Assembly: GCA_902796795.1 (NCBI GenBank)
Contig: CADBQM010000304.1
Span: forward strand, 1 to 45,899
DNA length: 45,899 nucleotides
Source: an uncultured Eubacteriales bacterium
Lineage (GTDB): Bacteria > Bacillota > Clostridia > Lachnospirales > Lachnospiraceae
Direction: 5' to 3'
Part shown: piece after piece, positions 1 through 9,209 of the stretch
How positions within the stretch are numbered: position 1 is the stretch's first letter
Layout of the letters: every line of letters begins with the position of its first letter
Notes under the pieces: model-generated
Seen by the model: the letters and a program-made list of their open reading frames with translations, nothing else
Database searches by the model: none
What the model was told of the DNA's origin: nothing
Position numbers and translations under genes: made by a program

Positions 1-463
1 CCCGGATCGTAAAGATCTCGCCGTCGTCCTCGAAGGGATCGCCGTTCCAGTCCTGCGTATCGAAGTGGACCGGGCCGAGCGATTCGCCGGCAAGTTCGTC
101 CGCGATCCGCGTAAAGCAGGCTTCGTACTGTCTGCCGTCCAGCGAAAAGGCCGTGAACTTTTCGTAAATCTCGAGGTCTTCCCACCGGCGTTCCGGCATC
201 GTCTCATTCTCCGGCCGTGTCGCGCCCGGGTCCGCTGTGACGTGACGGGTCTCGTAAGGCGTCTCCGGCCGGATCGTCGGGAAAAAGTTCCGTGCGATAA
301 AGAAGATCGCTGCCGCCGCCGCGGAAAGCAGTGCCGCGGGGATCAGGATCCGAAGGACCCGGTGCTTCCTTCCCGCCTGCGCCTGTTTTTCTTCCGGCGC
401 CGCCTCCTCGATATATTCATCTTCGATGAGTTCCATCTTTTCCAGTAATTCTTCTTTTTTCAT
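1..463 (-). CDS. Anti-sigma-factor-like single-pass membrane protein (N-terminal part only; runs off the left edge)
   Basis: Absent from the ORF track because there is no stop in the window. The ATG at 463-461 overlaps the TGA of the sigma gene (TGATG), and I checked the frame stays open down to nt 2. Translation begins MKKEELLEKMELIEDEYIEEAAPEEKQAQAGRKHRVLRILIPAALLSAAAAAIFFIARNFF... This gives an acidic cytoplasmic head, one hydrophobic helix and an external tail, positioned directly after an ECF sigma gene. Confidence 0.55.
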   Translation of the reverse strand, partial: MKKEELLEKMELIEDEYIEEAAPEEKQAQAGRKHRVLRILIPAALLSAAAAAIFFIARNFFPTIRPETPYETRHVTADPGATRPENETMPERRWEDLEIYEKFTAFSLDGRQYEACFTRIADELAGESLGPVHFDTQDWNGDPFEDDGEIFTIR

Positions 464-1011
464 CATTCCTCCTGCTCCAGGACCTCCCTGAACCGGTTCC
501 GCATCCGGAAAAGCGTCGTCTTCACAAGGCTTTCCGTGACGCCGAGCTCCGCCGCAATCTCCCTTACGGATTCGAAATAGAAGTAGCGCTTCACAAAGAT
601 CTTCCGTGCCCTTACTTCCTCCCGCTTCAGGAAAGCATTCATGAGCCCGGCAAAACATTGTTCATCCGCGAGACGTGCGGTAAAATCGTCCGACACCGCG
701 TCCGACAGTTCTTCGGCGAGTTCGTCGAAACTTAAGGAAGCGCCTTCTTTTTTCGAGCGCCGGACCCGGTCGATCGACAGATTCCGTATGATCCGGTAAA
801 GAAAGGCCTGGAAATAGTCCCGGGGTTCCTTCGGCGGAATGCTGTTCCAGCAGCGTAAGTAGCTGTCGTTTTCGCACTCCTCCGCATCCTCCGTGTTTCC
901 GGTGATCCGTTTTGAGAACACAAACAGCCGGCGGCCATACTTCTTCCTGGTCTCCTCGATGGCTTCTTCATCTCTCTCGAGGTATAGATCTACGATCCTG
1001 CCGTCTTCCAT
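463..1011 (-). CDS. ECF-type (sigma-70 family) RNA polymerase sigma factor, 182 aa
   Basis: The track ORF 463-1125 was trimmed to the internal ATG at 1011, which is preceded by GGGAGGAGAAC. The sequence has region-2-like (DAEECENDSYLRCW, FQAFLYRIIRNLSIDRVRR) and region-4 HTH-like (RKIFVKRYFYFESVREIAAELGVTESLVKTTLFRMRNRF) motifs. Confidence 0.85.
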   Translation of the reverse strand: MEDGRIVDLYLERDEEAIEETRKKYGRRLFVFSKRITGNTEDAEECENDSYLRCWNSIPPKEPRDYFQAFLYRIIRNLSIDRVRRSKKEGASLSFDELAEELSDAVSDDFTARLADEQCFAGLMNAFLKREEVRARKIFVKRYFYFESVREIAAELGVTESLVKTTLFRMRNRFREVLEQEE

Positions 1012-1040
1012 GTTCTCCTCCCGAAAGGTCCTTTCACTAA

Positions 1041-1071
1041 GTATAACGAAAGCCGGGACGCCCGCGTTACA
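1041..1071 (-). promoter_or_regulatory. ECF-type promoter (TGTAAC-N17-CGTTATAC) upstream of the sigma gene
   Basis: On the minus strand: TGTAAC (1071-1066), a 17-nt spacer, then CGT (1048-1046), about 30 nt upstream of the ATG at 1011. This matches the AAC-N16/17-CGT architecture of autoregulated ECF promoters such as the SigW/SigX/SigM type. It lies inside the spurious 5' extension of the track ORF. Confidence 0.5.
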
Positions 1072-1186
1072 GGAATGATGAGAGAGCCGCAGGACAGTCA
1101 TTGCCTGCCCGCGGCTCTTCTTCATAATACTATTTGATGCTTCCGCATCCTGCCCGTGATTACTTTTTCTGAACCGCAGTGCCGGT

Positions 1187-2110
1187 TCAGATCACAAAGT
1201 TCTCCATATACTTCTTGCTGAGCTTCAGCGAATCCAGGATCTTCTCCCGGCTGCCTTCGAACGCACGGTCCTCGACCTCGATGACGGTGCAGCCGTCATA
1301 GCCGATGTCGGTCAGCGCGGACACGTATTTGCCCCAGTCCACGTCACCGAGACCCGGAAGCTTCGGAGACATGAAATCCAGCGGATACGCCATGATGCCG
1401 ACGTCGTTCAGCTTGTCCGGATAGACCTTGATGTCCTTGTAATGCACATGGAAGATCTTGTCCTTGAACTCGTAGATCGGCTTGATATAGTCGATCATCT
1501 GCCAGACGAAGTGCGACGGATCATAGTTGATGCCGAAGTTGTCGAACGGCAGCAGTTCGAAGACCTTACGCCAGATCGCGGGGGTGGTCATCAGGTTCTG
1601 TCCGCCCGGCCACTGATCCCGGCCGAACAGCATCGGGCAGTTCTCGATCGCGACCTTGACACCGAGTTCTTTCGCCAGCGTCAGGATGGGCTCCCAGTTT
1701 TCCCTGACCATCGCGAGGTTCTCTTCGACGCTCTTTGTCTGGTCACGGCCGATGAAAGTCGTCGCCATGCCGACGCCGAGCTTCGCGGATGCGCGGATCA
1801 CATTCTTCAGATGCTCCTGGCTGGCGGCCCGCTTTTCGAGGTCCGGATCCAGGTTGTTCGGATAGAATGCAAGGGAGGAGATGGTGATGCCCTTTTCCGC
1901 CGCATAGCTCTTCACATGTTCCGCATAGGCGTCATCCACGAGGACGCGCTCGCAGTCGATGTGGCAGGTGCCCGCGTAACGGCGCTCAGAGCCCGAGCCG
2001 CCCGGCCAGCACGCGACTTCCGCACAGGTGAAGCCGAGTTCCGCTGCCGTATCGATCATTTCCTCGAAGTTCCAATCCTCCAGGATCGCAGTGATAAAAC
2101 CAAGTTTCAT
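1187..2110 (-). CDS. Sugar phosphate isomerase/epimerase (xylose-isomerase-like TIM barrel), 307 aa
   Basis: ATG at 2110 preceded by GAAGGAGAG. Typical AP-endonuclease-2/xylose-isomerase-fold pattern (KLGFIT..., VAIENCP, INYDPSHF, HVHYKD, IEVED). Confidence 0.8.
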   Translation of the reverse strand: MKLGFITAILEDWNFEEMIDTAAELGFTCAEVACWPGGSGSERRYAGTCHIDCERVLVDDAYAEHVKSYAAEKGITISSLAFYPNNLDPDLEKRAASQEHLKNVIRASAKLGVGMATTFIGRDQTKSVEENLAMVRENWEPILTLAKELGVKVAIENCPMLFGRDQWPGGQNLMTTPAIWRKVFELLPFDNFGINYDPSHFVWQMIDYIKPIYEFKDKIFHVHYKDIKVYPDKLNDVGIMAYPLDFMSPKLPGLGDVDWGKYVSALTDIGYDGCTVIEVEDRAFEGSREKILDSLKLSKKYMENFVI

Positions 2111-2290
2111 GTTTCTCTCCTTCTTCCTTATATATATTCAAATATAATACTCTCTCATTCGGGCGCGGCTTCTCTGACCGCGCCTTATCAAGGCCGCGGG
2201 GCTCGAGCCTTTATGTAAGGAGGCGCTTAAGATCGCGCCGACGTCATAAACCTCGAGCCCAGGGCGGCCGGAAGAAACATCTGAGGGGCG

Positions 2291-3385
2291 TCAGGAAAAG
2301 ACGACCTCGCGCCCGGTGCGCGCACTTTCGTAGATCGCTTCGAGGATCTGCGTCACGACGAAGGCCTGCTCGGGCTTCACGCAGGGCTCGGTATCGTTCA
2401 GGATCGCGTCGATCCACTGGCGCGACTCGATCTCCTCCGGCTTCCCGGAAACACCGTCATAAAATGCCACGGAACCGGAAGTACTGACCTTCTCTTCCAT
2501 CAGCTGCCCGTATTTGCCGCGGTTGTAGACGACCTGGCCCGGATAGATATCGGCGCCGGCCTTCGTGCCGCAGAGCGTCGTGGAAGCCTCACGGTTCACG
2601 ATCGTGTTCAGGGCCCAGGAGGCGATCAGCTGGATCGTGGTCCCGTCCTTCATGACGATCTGGCCCATGGCGGAATCTTCGACCTCGTAGGTCTCCGGAT
2701 CCCAGGGCCCCCAGAGATTGCCGTCCACCGCTTCCGGAAGATTGCCGAGCTTGTAAAAGACAGAGCCTGTGACGCGTGCCGGTTCATACTTGTCCATGCA
2801 CCAGAGCGTCATATCGAGCGCGTGCGTGCCGATATCGATCAGGGGTCCGCCGCCCTGCAAGGCTTTGTTCGGGAATACGCCCCAGGTCGGGACCGCACGC
2901 CGGCGGATCGCATGTGCCTGCGCAAAATAGATATCGCCGAGTTCGCCGGCCTCTACCGCATGCTTCAGGTTCTGAAGCTCCGGACGGAAGCGGCTCTGAT
3001 AACCGATGGTAAACTTCTTTCCGCTCTCCTTCCAGGCTTCCATCATGCGCTGCGCGTCCGCGACTGTCGCGGCCATGGGCTTTTCGCACATGACGTGCTT
3101 GCCTGCCTTGAACGCGTCGATCGAGATCTGCGCGTGCGCCACGTTCGGCGTCAGCACGTGCACGACGTCGATCTCCGGCAGCGCCAGGAGTTCGTGATAA
3201 TCTTCAAAGACCGGGGCATCCTCCGTCCCGTATTCCTTCTTTGCCTTTTCCGCCCGTTCGACGATAATATCGCAGAATGCCGCGATGTCCAGGCGGTCCG
3301 CCTGCTTTTTCAGCGAGGGCAGATGTTTCTCGTTCGCAATGCCGCCGCAGCCGATGATGCCGACCTGTAATTTCCCGTTTTTCAT
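2291..3385 (-). CDS. Gfo/Idh/MocA oxidoreductase, DgpA-like (candidate glycoside 3-oxidising enzyme), 364 aa
   Basis: Trimmed to the ATG at 3385 (RBS AGGAGAGG). Rossmann motif VGIIGCGGIANEKH, EKP motif (VMCEKPMA), and GVFPNKALQGGGPLIDIGTHALD. It is a close paralog of 38804-39907 and lies adjacent to a DgpB/DgpC-like pair. Confidence 0.8.
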   Translation of the reverse strand: MKNGKLQVGIIGCGGIANEKHLPSLKKQADRLDIAAFCDIIVERAEKAKKEYGTEDAPVFEDYHELLALPEIDVVHVLTPNVAHAQISIDAFKAGKHVMCEKPMAATVADAQRMMEAWKESGKKFTIGYQSRFRPELQNLKHAVEAGELGDIYFAQAHAIRRRAVPTWGVFPNKALQGGGPLIDIGTHALDMTLWCMDKYEPARVTGSVFYKLGNLPEAVDGNLWGPWDPETYEVEDSAMGQIVMKDGTTIQLIASWALNTIVNREASTTLCGTKAGADIYPGQVVYNRGKYGQLMEEKVSTSGSVAFYDGVSGKPEEIESRQWIDAILNDTEPCVKPEQAFVVTQILEAIYESARTGREVVFS

Positions 3386-3472
3386 AGGACCTCTCCTGTA
3401 ATAATAGTTATACACAGCGTAGCATGCCGGCCCTGTTTTGTAAACGAGAAAAGGTGTTTCAGGGGGTGTTTC

Positions 3473-3913
3473 TCAGACGATCAGCAGCCTTCTTTCGTTC
3501 ACATGCTTCCCGAATTCCGGCATAAAGACGAAGCTCTCCTGATCGGGATCCAGTTTGTCCTGCATGATCGGCGGCATGTAGCTTGAGGTAAAGCAGAAAC
3601 CGTACTTCAGATCGTGGTAGCCCTGTTGAAGTCCGCCGGGCTTTTTCACCTTCAGCACCGCGCATTCGGTGGGATTCCAATGGGTCTTCCAGTCAGTCCG
3701 CATCTCTTCGAGCGTGTAGTCCTGCCCCTTGAAATACCAGACGATGTCTTCCTTCTCTATGCGTTCGCCGTCCACATAGAGCGTGCCCGGCATCAGCTGG
3801 GAAAGATAAACGCCGCGGTAGTAAGGCAGGCGGATCTTGAACTGGAAGCCGATGACCGCACCGTTCTCCACAGTATTCCGGAAACCGACGGATTGAATGA
3901 CCTGTTTTTCCAT
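3473..3913 (-). CDS. C-glycoside deglycosidase beta-subunit-like small protein (DgpB/CarC-like, DUF6379-type), 146 aa
   Basis: RBS AAGGAG. Motifs GFQFKIRLPYYRGVYLS...YVDGERI...VKKPGGLQQGYHDLKY are shared with the second copy at 33255-33650. It sits immediately upstream of a TIM-barrel partner and a Gfo/Idh/MocA gene. Confidence 0.7.
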   Translation of the reverse strand: MEKQVIQSVGFRNTVENGAVIGFQFKIRLPYYRGVYLSQLMPGTLYVDGERIEKEDIVWYFKGQDYTLEEMRTDWKTHWNPTECAVLKVKKPGGLQQGYHDLKYGFCFTSSYMPPIMQDKLDPDQESFVFMPEFGKHVNERRLLIV

Positions 3914-3930
3914 TTTTCGCTCCTTTCCGT

Positions 3931-4803
3931 TCAGTCTCCGAGTAGACGCTTCAGCATGATGTGCTGCTTGCGGAGCGTCTGCCCCACTTCGTAGCCGTCG
4001 TCATACTTGTCCGCCCCTTCGTATTCGCTTAAGAGATAGCCGTCCCAGCCATAGTCCTGCATGACCTTGACGATCGCCGGATAGGGGATCGTGGTCTCTT
4101 CGAAATCATCGCTCATGTGGATGAATTTCGCGTGGCAGCAGTAAACGTACGGGAGCAGCGGGATCAGGTCCTCGGGGGTATTGGCCTGGTAATCCGGACT
4201 GCGGTACTGCCCTTCCTCAAAACCGGTCCGGAAGACGGAAAAGTCGATGTTCAGGCCGAAATTCTTCGTTCCGGTCTCTTTAATAAAGTCGACGTAGTCC
4301 CGCACCATCTCGCCGTTCAGGTTTGACGGCGTATGGATCTCCGGACACATGCGGACGTTCATCCGCTCCGCGAGCGGCAGCGCGCCCTTGATGATCTCCC
4401 GCCAGTTTTTGACCGGTTCCAGTTTTCCGTTGATGACCGGCATCTTGGTCCGCATCACGGTAAAGCCCAGACGGTTCGCCAGACGGATGTCCCGCTCCAG
4501 CATCTCGATGCTCTCTTCCGTCGTGAGCTCCCGGCCGCGGATCACATGGCTGTCGATCCAGTGGCCGTATTCCACCGGGACGACTTCGTATTTGTCACAG
4601 AGGTGGAACCAGTTCTCCACCCAGGCATCCGAGGGATAGGGATAATTCTCGATATGGGTGTTTGCGAGGATCTCGATCCCGTGCGCGCCCATGTCATACG
4701 TATCCTCGAAGCAGTCTTCCAGGGTCTTCGTCAGGCCGAATTCCGCGGAGTAGCTGTAGAACGCGACACCGCGCTTCGGGCCTTTTCTGTCGTAGTGGTA
4801 CAT
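3931..4803 (-). CDS. C-glycoside deglycosidase alpha-subunit-like xylose-isomerase-fold TIM barrel (DgpC/CarB-like), 290 aa
   Basis: RBS AAAGGAAAG. Homologous by eye to 32186-33241 ([14 protein letters not shown] vs GTKFFGFIPDMGIF; HAKF...[10 protein letters not shown] vs HAKF...DFKETAVALP; GYLLSEYEG vs GFLSSEYEG). Paired with the small beta-like ORF. Confidence 0.7.
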   Translation of the reverse strand: MYHYDRKGPKRGVAFYSYSAEFGLTKTLEDCFEDTYDMGAHGIEILANTHIENYPYPSDAWVENWFHLCDKYEVVPVEYGHWIDSHVIRGRELTTEESIEMLERDIRLANRLGFTVMRTKMPVINGKLEPVKNWREIIKGALPLAERMNVRMCPEIHTPSNLNGEMVRDYVDFIKETGTKNFGLNIDFSVFRTGFEEGQYRSPDYQANTPEDLIPLLPYVYCCHAKFIHMSDDFEETTIPYPAIVKVMQDYGWDGYLLSEYEGADKYDDGYEVGQTLRKQHIMLKRLLGD

Positions 4804-4817
4804 ACGCTTTCCTTTCT

Positions 4818-6434
4818 TTATTCCTCCGGCTTGATGCCGAAGATCGCGTACATCTTCCCGGAGCCCGGGAAACCTTTCCTTAAGGGCGCCGGATAGATCG
4901 CCATCAGCTCCTTATCATGGTCGATCCGCACGTCCGTGATCTTGTCAAAGCACATCGTCGGAACGCTGTCCGCCGTGACCTGCGGCCAGAACGGGATCTT
5001 GTCATGGTTCGGATCGCCGGTCGCTGCGAAGGTCGTCCAGGCGCCCGCCATCTGATCCTCCAGCCGTTCGGAGACCTCCGGGATATACTGAGCTTCGATG
5101 TAGGCGGAATTGCGGAAGACGTACGGCTCCTCCGCGTTATGCCACGGCACGGTCCCGTAGTTGAACGGTGACTCCAGGTTGAAGAGCCAGTTCCAGGTCG
5201 GGCCGCCGGCCGCTGCGCGGGCCTTTACGAAGGTCAGGATCTGCCGGCGCATGCCGGTATCCAGGAAGAGGACGTCTGCCGGATTGCGGTCCGGATAGGC
5301 TTTCTGCATCGCGGCTTTGACCGCTTCCGTTTGTTCGCCGAAGCGCTCCTTCAGATGCTTTTCCCGGGTCTCCTCGTCCCAGCGGTTCTTGATCCGGTCG
5401 CCGATCTCCTGATCGAAGTTACCGGAGAATTCGCCGAGCACCGTGCCCGCAAGCAGCGGGATCCCGACCGTCTCTTTCCGGAAGCCCACGTCGAGCGGAT
5501 GGCCGAGGTAATATTCCCCGTCCGGGATCGGTGCCCAGCCGACGCGCCTGCCGCGCTCGTTCATGACGTAGATCGCGTTCATCGTCGCCTGCGCGAGATC
5601 ATACCAGTCTACAGACTCGATCTTTTCCACTTCTCCGGGGGCGATGTGCAGGTACTTCAGGATCAGCGCCGCCGTCTCCTGTGCGTTCTCCCGTTTTTCC
5701 CGGATCCCTTCCGGACCGCCGTCGCCGCCCATGCCGCCGGATTCCATCACCGCGCGGTGGAAAAGCCCGTCCGCAGCCGGGGTCTGCATCAGCGCAAGCA
5801 CCTTCGCGCCGCCGCCGGACTGGCCGAAGATCGTGACGTTTTCCGGATCGCCGCCGAAGGAAGCGATGTTCTTATGCACCCACTCGAGCGCCGCGACCAG
5901 GTCCATCAGGCCGACGTTCGCGGAATCCTTATATTGTTCACCATAAGCCGAAAGGTCCAGATACCCCAGCACGTTCAGCCGGTGGTTGACCGAAACGACC
6001 ACGACGTCGTCCGTCGCGGAGAGGTTCTCGCCGTCGTAGGAAAGCAGCTCCACAGAAGAACCGGAGAACCAGCCGCCGCCGTGCAGCCAGACCATGACCG
6101 GCCGCTTCCGTTCCGGATCCAGGCTCTGCGTCCAGACGTTCAGGTACTGGCAGTGCTCGTTCTGCGGATAGAAGAAATGCGGGACCGTGAACTGGTCGTG
6201 CGGTACCGGCGTCGTGAGCTCGCTGCAGACGAAACCGTACTGGTAGGCCTCTTTGACCCCGGTCCAGCAGGCGGTCTCGTGCGGCGCGTGGAAGCGCTCC
6301 GCGTCGGCGTATTTGATGCCGCGGAAAATATATGTCGAATCGGTCTTCAGGCCGCGTACGGCGCCTTTCTGCGTCATGGCGACCGGATCGTCGTAGGTAC
6401 AGGTCACTTCCGTGACCAGCTTCTTCATATACAT
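4818..6434 (-). CDS. Carboxylesterase type B (para-nitrobenzyl-esterase family), 538 aa, cytoplasmic
   Basis: The RBS AGGAGG overlaps the stop of the upstream paralog. Motifs: FRGIKYA, HGGGW oxyanion region, and nucleophile elbow GQSGGGAK. No signal peptide. Confidence 0.9.
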   Translation of the reverse strand: MYMKKLVTEVTCTYDDPVAMTQKGAVRGLKTDSTYIFRGIKYADAERFHAPHETACWTGVKEAYQYGFVCSELTTPVPHDQFTVPHFFYPQNEHCQYLNVWTQSLDPERKRPVMVWLHGGGWFSGSSVELLSYDGENLSATDDVVVVSVNHRLNVLGYLDLSAYGEQYKDSANVGLMDLVAALEWVHKNIASFGGDPENVTIFGQSGGGAKVLALMQTPAADGLFHRAVMESGGMGGDGGPEGIREKRENAQETAALILKYLHIAPGEVEKIESVDWYDLAQATMNAIYVMNERGRRVGWAPIPDGEYYLGHPLDVGFRKETVGIPLLAGTVLGEFSGNFDQEIGDRIKNRWDEETREKHLKERFGEQTEAVKAAMQKAYPDRNPADVLFLDTGMRRQILTFVKARAAAGGPTWNWLFNLESPFNYGTVPWHNAEEPYVFRNSAYIEAQYIPEVSERLEDQMAGAWTTFAATGDPNHDKIPFWPQVTADSVPTMCFDKITDVRIDHDKELMAIYPAPLRKGFPGSGKMYAIFGIKPEE

Positions 6435-6446
6435 GCCGGCACCTCC

Positions 6447-8057
6447 TTAAATACTCTGCCGCGGGCCGCCGCCGAAGCGCGTGACCGGCCTGCGGTCGTT
6501 GTTGTCCATGACGCCCCGTTCAGGCAGCGCTTCCATGAGCGCGTCGTCATGATGATACGCGAGCCGGGTCTCCCGGTCAAAGATCATGCAGGCGCCGTTA
6601 TCTTCTGTCACTGCCGGCCAGACCGGATTGCCCGCGCAGTTCGGATCACCGTCTGCCGCAAAGGCCACCCAGGCGCCGGTCATCTGGTCCTGCAGCCGTT
6701 CGGAAACGCCCGGGATGTAGGAAGCTTCCAGATAATTCGCGTTGTGGAACATATAGGCTTCCTCCGCGTTATGCCACGGGATCGTGCCGGAATTCAGCGG
6801 ACATTCAAGATTGAACATCCAGTTCCAGGCCGGCGCGCAGCCTTCTTCGGCGCGCTTCCTCGCATAGTCCCGCGATGCCGCACGGGTCGCCTTGTTGACA
6901 TAGAGGCAGTCCACGAGCTTCTGCTTCGGATAAGCCTGTTTCATGGCTTCGATGACTGCATCCGCCCGGTCCTTGTAGACCTTCCGGATCAGCGCGTCTA
7001 CCTGCGCGTCGTCCCAGTCGTTCTTGGAGCCCGGCGCGTAGACCTGGTTATAGTTCTGGTCGAATTCGCCGAGGACCGAGCCTACGAGCACCGGTACGTT
7101 TTTGTGCTCCTCAATGAAAGAATTGTTCAGGCCGCCGCCCATGAAGAAATCATCGTCCTTCACCGGCGCGAACATGATATGCATATGCTCGCGGTACGAA
7201 AGCTCGCTCTGGGCTTCCTGCGCCGCGCGCGCCAGCTTGTAATACGGGATCTTTTCGATCTCCTTCACGTTCTCCGGCGCGATGCCGAGCTTCTCAAGCA
7301 CTTCCGCCGTGAGCTTCCGTGCCGTCTCCGGCAGCATGTCCTTTTCGCCCTTGAAGAGGCCGGACTGGATGACCGCGCGGTGGAACAGGCCCTTTGCGGA
7401 CGGGGTCTGCAGCAGGCAGTTCACCTTCCCGCCGCCGCCGGACTGGCCCATGATCGTCACGTTGCCGGGATCGCCGCCGAAGGCCGCGATATTGTCGCGG
7501 ATCCAGCGCAGCGCCTCCAGGATATCCATCTGGCCAAGGTTGCCCGAATAGCGGTATTCTTCGCCATAGGCGGAAAGATCCAGATAGCCGATGCAGTTCA
7601 GGCGGTGGTTTAAGGAGACCACGACCACGTCGCCGAATTCCGCAAGCTCATGGCCGTCGTAGGCATAGAGCTCGATCGAGGAACCGGTGGCATAACCGCC
7701 GCCATGGATCCAGACCATGACCGGACGCTTTGCGTCTTCGTTAATATGCTTCGTCCAGACATTCAGGTACTGGCAGTCCTCATCCTGGATGTAATGATAA
7801 TGCGGGACATTGTACTCATCGTGTGCGATCGGCGTGTGCATCTCCATTGAGACCGGCCCGTAGATGATCGCTTCCTTACTGCCTTCCCAGGCCTCGACCG
7901 GCCGCGGCTCATGGAAACGCTCCGCGACGGCATAGCGGATGCCGCGGAAGATGTACATGTCCTCCTCATAAAGACCGCGGATCTTCCCCTTCGGCGTAAC
8001 AGCGACAGGGAAGTCCGGGTTCGAGATCACTGATCTCGTCAGTTTTCTTGGATACAT
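6447..8057 (-). CDS. Carboxylesterase type B, 536 aa (tandem paralog)
   Basis: Motifs FRGIRYA, IHGGGY and GQSGGGGK. Collinear similarity to 4818-6434 and 18541-20124. Confidence 0.9.
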   Translation of the reverse strand: MYPRKLTRSVISNPDFPVAVTPKGKIRGLYEEDMYIFRGIRYAVAERFHEPRPVEAWEGSKEAIIYGPVSMEMHTPIAHDEYNVPHYHYIQDEDCQYLNVWTKHINEDAKRPVMVWIHGGGYATGSSIELYAYDGHELAEFGDVVVVSLNHRLNCIGYLDLSAYGEEYRYSGNLGQMDILEALRWIRDNIAAFGGDPGNVTIMGQSGGGGKVNCLLQTPSAKGLFHRAVIQSGLFKGEKDMLPETARKLTAEVLEKLGIAPENVKEIEKIPYYKLARAAQEAQSELSYREHMHIMFAPVKDDDFFMGGGLNNSFIEEHKNVPVLVGSVLGEFDQNYNQVYAPGSKNDWDDAQVDALIRKVYKDRADAVIEAMKQAYPKQKLVDCLYVNKATRAASRDYARKRAEEGCAPAWNWMFNLECPLNSGTIPWHNAEEAYMFHNANYLEASYIPGVSERLQDQMTGAWVAFAADGDPNCAGNPVWPAVTEDNGACMIFDRETRLAYHHDDALMEALPERGVMDNNDRRPVTRFGGGPRQSI

Positions 8058-8078
8058 ATGCTGTCCTCTCTTCTGTTT

Positions 8079-9176
8079 TTATTCAAATCCCTGGAACACC
8101 TTTATGCCGGTATAGACCTTCGGCGCTTCAAGGCCGTCAAGCACACGCGCTGCGCCGCTCGCCATAGCCTCCATCTCGAATTCACCGGGATATGCATAGA
8201 CCGGGGCGATAAAGCCGCAGTCTTCTTTCAGCTTCTCGACAAGCTCCTTGTTGTGGACGATCCCGCCGCCGAGAAGGATCGCGTCGACCCGGCCCTTCAG
8301 GACCGCCGCCATCGCGCCGATGCCCTTGGCGATCTGGTAGATGAACGCCTCCCAGACGAGCGCCGCATAAGTATTGCCGTCCGCGATCATCTGCTGGACC
8401 TCCAGCGCATCGGAGGTGCCCAGGTGGCTCACAAAACCGCCGCTCCGGGTCGTCAGGGCGCGCAGTTCCTTTGCGCTCTTCCCTTCCATGTATTCGATGA
8501 ATTCCGCGACCGGCACCGCGCCGCAGCGGGTCGGGGCCATCGGGCCTTCACCGCCGACGATATCATAGCCGTCGATCATACGCCCCTTCTGATGCGCGGA
8601 CACGGAAACGCCGCCGCCGATATGGCAGACGATGAAATTGCAGTCTTCATAGCGTTTTCCTTCCGAAGCCGCATGGCGGATCGCCGTCTCCTTCAGGTTC
8701 AGCGCATGCAGATGGACGTTGCGGTAAACGCCTTTGATGCCCGTGATGCGGGCCACGTCCTGCAGCTCGTCCACGTCCGGCGGATTGACCGCGAAGGCCG
8801 GGACGCCGTATTCATCGGCAAAAGCCCTGGCGATGCTCGGTCCGAGGCCGGCGGGATGGATCACGCCGTTCGCCGCGTGCAGGGAATGCTGAAGCACCAG
8901 TTCCGTGACTTCGTAGACGCCGCCTTCCATCGCTAAAAGACCGCCGCCGCGCCCTACACAGGCCGCAAGGCCGTTTAAGTCCACGTTGTTCTCCGCAAGC
9001 GCGTTCCGTATCGTTTCCATGCGGTACGGCAGCTGCGACTCCTGGTCCGTATACTGTGACAGGACCTGTGCGTCATGGCTCACGTTCACCGAGAAGATCT
9101 TCTCGTCGCCCTGAAACAGTGCGATCTTGGTAGAAGTGGAGCCGGGGTTGACTGTCAGAATCTTATAGTTTCCCAT
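8079..9176 (-). CDS. buk: Butyrate kinase (ASKHA acyl-phosphate kinase), 365 aa
   Basis: The N-terminus KILTVNPGSTSTKIALF is typical of butyrate kinases. RBS CAGGAGAAACC. Confidence 0.85.
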   Translation of the reverse strand: MGNYKILTVNPGSTSTKIALFQGDEKIFSVNVSHDAQVLSQYTDQESQLPYRMETIRNALAENNVDLNGLAACVGRGGGLLAMEGGVYEVTELVLQHSLHAANGVIHPAGLGPSIARAFADEYGVPAFAVNPPDVDELQDVARITGIKGVYRNVHLHALNLKETAIRHAASEGKRYEDCNFIVCHIGGGVSVSAHQKGRMIDGYDIVGGEGPMAPTRCGAVPVAEFIEYMEGKSAKELRALTTRSGGFVSHLGTSDALEVQQMIADGNTYAALVWEAFIYQIAKGIGAMAAVLKGRVDAILLGGGIVHNKELVEKLKEDCGFIAPVYAYPGEFEMEAMASGAARVLDGLEAPKVYTGIKVFQGFE

Positions 9177-9209
9177 GGTTTCTCCTGTTCATACCGGCCT
9201 TGGCCGTTT

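Noticed and set aside
65-448. A 127-aa plus-strand ORF at the left edge.
   Set aside because: It is antisense to the open minus-strand frame that is translationally coupled to the ECF sigma gene. The sequence is Arg-rich and motif-free.
463-1125. N-terminally extended versions of several track ORFs: 463-1125, 2291-3415, 14592-16160, 16099-17361, 24741-25901, 28784-31222 and 33255-33743.
   Set aside because: In each case an internal ATG or GTG has a properly spaced AGGAGG-like RBS, and family homology begins there. The extensions overlap upstream genes, terminators or a promoter and have non-protein-like composition.
1168-1189. Hairpin TGAACCG-N6-CGGTTCA overlapping the stop of the 307-aa isomerase gene, considered as a terminator.
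   Set aside because: On the transcribed (minus) strand it is followed by AAAAAG, not a U tract. The T-run is on the wrong side. It is noted only as a possible weak or bidirectional structure.
5331-7613. A 760-aa plus-strand ORF. Similar long plus-strand ORFs occur at 12138-13298, 17015-18544, 20172-22157, 22090-23748, 25833-26852, 30485-32116, 34542-36779, 39944-41380, 41250-42410 and 42586-44451.
   Set aside because: All lie antisense to minus-strand genes with strong family motifs. Their translations are Arg/Ala/Gly/Asp/His-rich low-complexity strings with no recognisable motifs and no RBS. This is the typical stop-codon-poor antisense frame of GC-rich coding DNA.
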